DNA of 64,000 bases from contig NC_083277.1 in the NCBI RefSeq assembly GCF_963506605.1, positions 47,616,001 through 47,680,000 on the forward strand. Reading direction: 5' to 3'. This stretch comes from Zootoca vivipara. Its lineage: Eukaryota. Positions 62,419 through 64,000 of this stretch are shown piece by piece. The notes below the pieces were generated by a model. It worked only from the letters and a program-made list of their open reading frames with translations. It was not told where the DNA came from and ran no database searches. Made by a program: the position numbers and the translations under genes. Every line of letters begins with the position of its first letter. The stretch's first letter is position 1.

Positions 62419-63473
62419 GTGAGTTAGCACAAACTTTGTGGAATAAGAAGGAACACTTTTATTTGCTGGCACTGCTTGGGATATTACGAACTGGTTCATT
62501 TATGAACTGGTTCATTTATTATGGAAAACTGTTCAGTTTAGCTTTCGGTAGGTACTGAAAGATTATTTTGATTTCATACTAGCTTTAGGCATGTTCACTT
62601 TATCCAGTGGGTTTTACTAGAGTGTGGTATCTTTTGATGTTTAAAGAGAACAGCTGCATGGATCTTCTGTGTAGGATGCCCTGTGATCACGTGCTCATAT
62701 AGTATATGCTGTACATAGCTCCAAACATTTCATTGTCTAGAGTGCTGTTGCAGGAATGAGTAGTTTAGTTGAGTCAAGTGCTACAGAATGTCTTCTAAAA
62801 ACACCTAACTGATTTCTGGACTGGACTTGGCTCAAGTGCATTTGGGACCCATAGCAGATCCCATATCTTATGGTTTACACTAAATAGAAGGAATAACTTT
62901 AAAAACAGAATGAACATACCAGCATTATCTTTAGATCTTTCCTGTATTTTATTTTAATCTGTGTTGAACCATTTATTTGTTTGAATTAGACACACCTGTT
63001 TTGTAGTCTCTTTCTAGAAGCTTTAATGGTCTGAAACAATTCTTTAGCTTCAAAGATAAATGAGCACATTTGCACACTATGCTGTCTCCCATATGTTCAT
63101 ATAGGCTTTTGCCATATGACTGGGGTAGCCAGAAAACTACAAAGTATAAGCATATGCTGAATGTTTTTTGCTCATTAAGACCTGCTCTAACTGAGGATTG
63201 TGGGAAATATGATGATCCAACAGCTAAGTAAAAGCTTTTAAGTGTTGATGGCTTGCTTATATCAATGGATTTTCCCACTTACAAGGCTTCACTGAATTTA
63301 TTAAAGAAGCTTTTGTTGCAGTAATAAATGACCACCAGACATTGTGCTTCTTCTAAGTAGCAAGAAGAAGACTAGTTGCATGGCTGGACAGGGACTAGGG
63401 ACTTTATAATTGAGGTTGTACTGCATGTAGCTCTCTGTCCTATTGACCTTGTTTTGATGTTTTTATTTCCTAG

Positions 63474-63510
63474 TACCAGCAACCACATTCTTCAGCAAGC
63501 TCCACTCATG
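63474..63510 (+). other. Candidate 37-nt exon
   Basis: Acceptor tttttatttcctag; donor atg|gtatgc. Confidence 0.4.
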
Positions 63511-63574
63511 GTATGCAGCAACATGGGATAGTACAGTAGATAGAGCTAGGCTTGTGATGTGTTACTTTTAGTCC

Positions 63575-64000
63575 CTGTGTGTGGAACCTCAGTCCTGGGG
63601 GCACAAATGTGGCTCTCTGGTCCTCTATCTGGTCATAGGGACTCTACTCTCCCTGGCAACAACCTCTTTCCCCAGGTCACACCCTTCTTGAACAGGTTGG
63701 AATATGCTATTGAACTGTGATAGTGCCTCTTCCTTGCCTGGATGGAGAAGGGGAGGGGGTGGTGTGTTGGAACATCTGGTTTTTGTGTAACCTACTGTAA
63801 AAATCACAAGGTGCATCTGTTGCCCCACCTACTTTTGCCTCTGGTTCCATCCATTTTTACCTCTGGCCACGCCTGCTACTGGCATGCACCTCCGGGGAAA
63901 AAACCCCAAGGATTATTTTTCTTTACTGATACAGTAATACCTTCGTGAATGTCCACCTCGTCTAGCGTCCATTCCGGTGAACATCCGTGGCAAACCTGGA
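63575..64000. mobile_element. Degraded hAT MITE with a probable Tigger-like element starting near 63932, truncated by the window end
   Basis: Homologous to the 27303 family; ta-cagtaatacct terminal motif. Confidence 0.55.

Overview
Eukaryotic, repeat-rich squamate DNA, most likely from a lacertid lizard (Sauria SINEs, young BovB). The only confidently coding sequences are transposon-derived: a 5'-truncated BovB on - (3.4-5.0 kb), a full-length BovB on + (36945-41422) and several L2/CR1 fragments. The window also holds many hAT, Tigger and Harbinger-like MITEs, a non-autonomous Helitron nested in a hAT MITE, a Gypsy-type solo LTR, Penelope-like remnants with minimal hammerhead ribozyme motifs, microsatellites and one assembly gap. 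A CpG-island promoter at about 55.9-57.4 kb opens an unidentified + strand gene with candidate small 5' exons. The most notable items are: (1) a complete 1241-bp retroposon with no ORF resembling L1 proteins, a hairpin-rich 5' end, a poly(A) tail and a 19-bp TSD, inserted in the full-length BovB; (2) a 77-nt hairpin that starts exactly at, and sequesters, a candidate 5' splice site; (3) GC-rich hAT MITEs with shared ends but unrelated cores; (4) an intact-core Penelope hammerhead and a fold-back Penelope insertion. Family names come from recall of consensus features, not database searches. Host exon calls are tentative and no host gene was identified.
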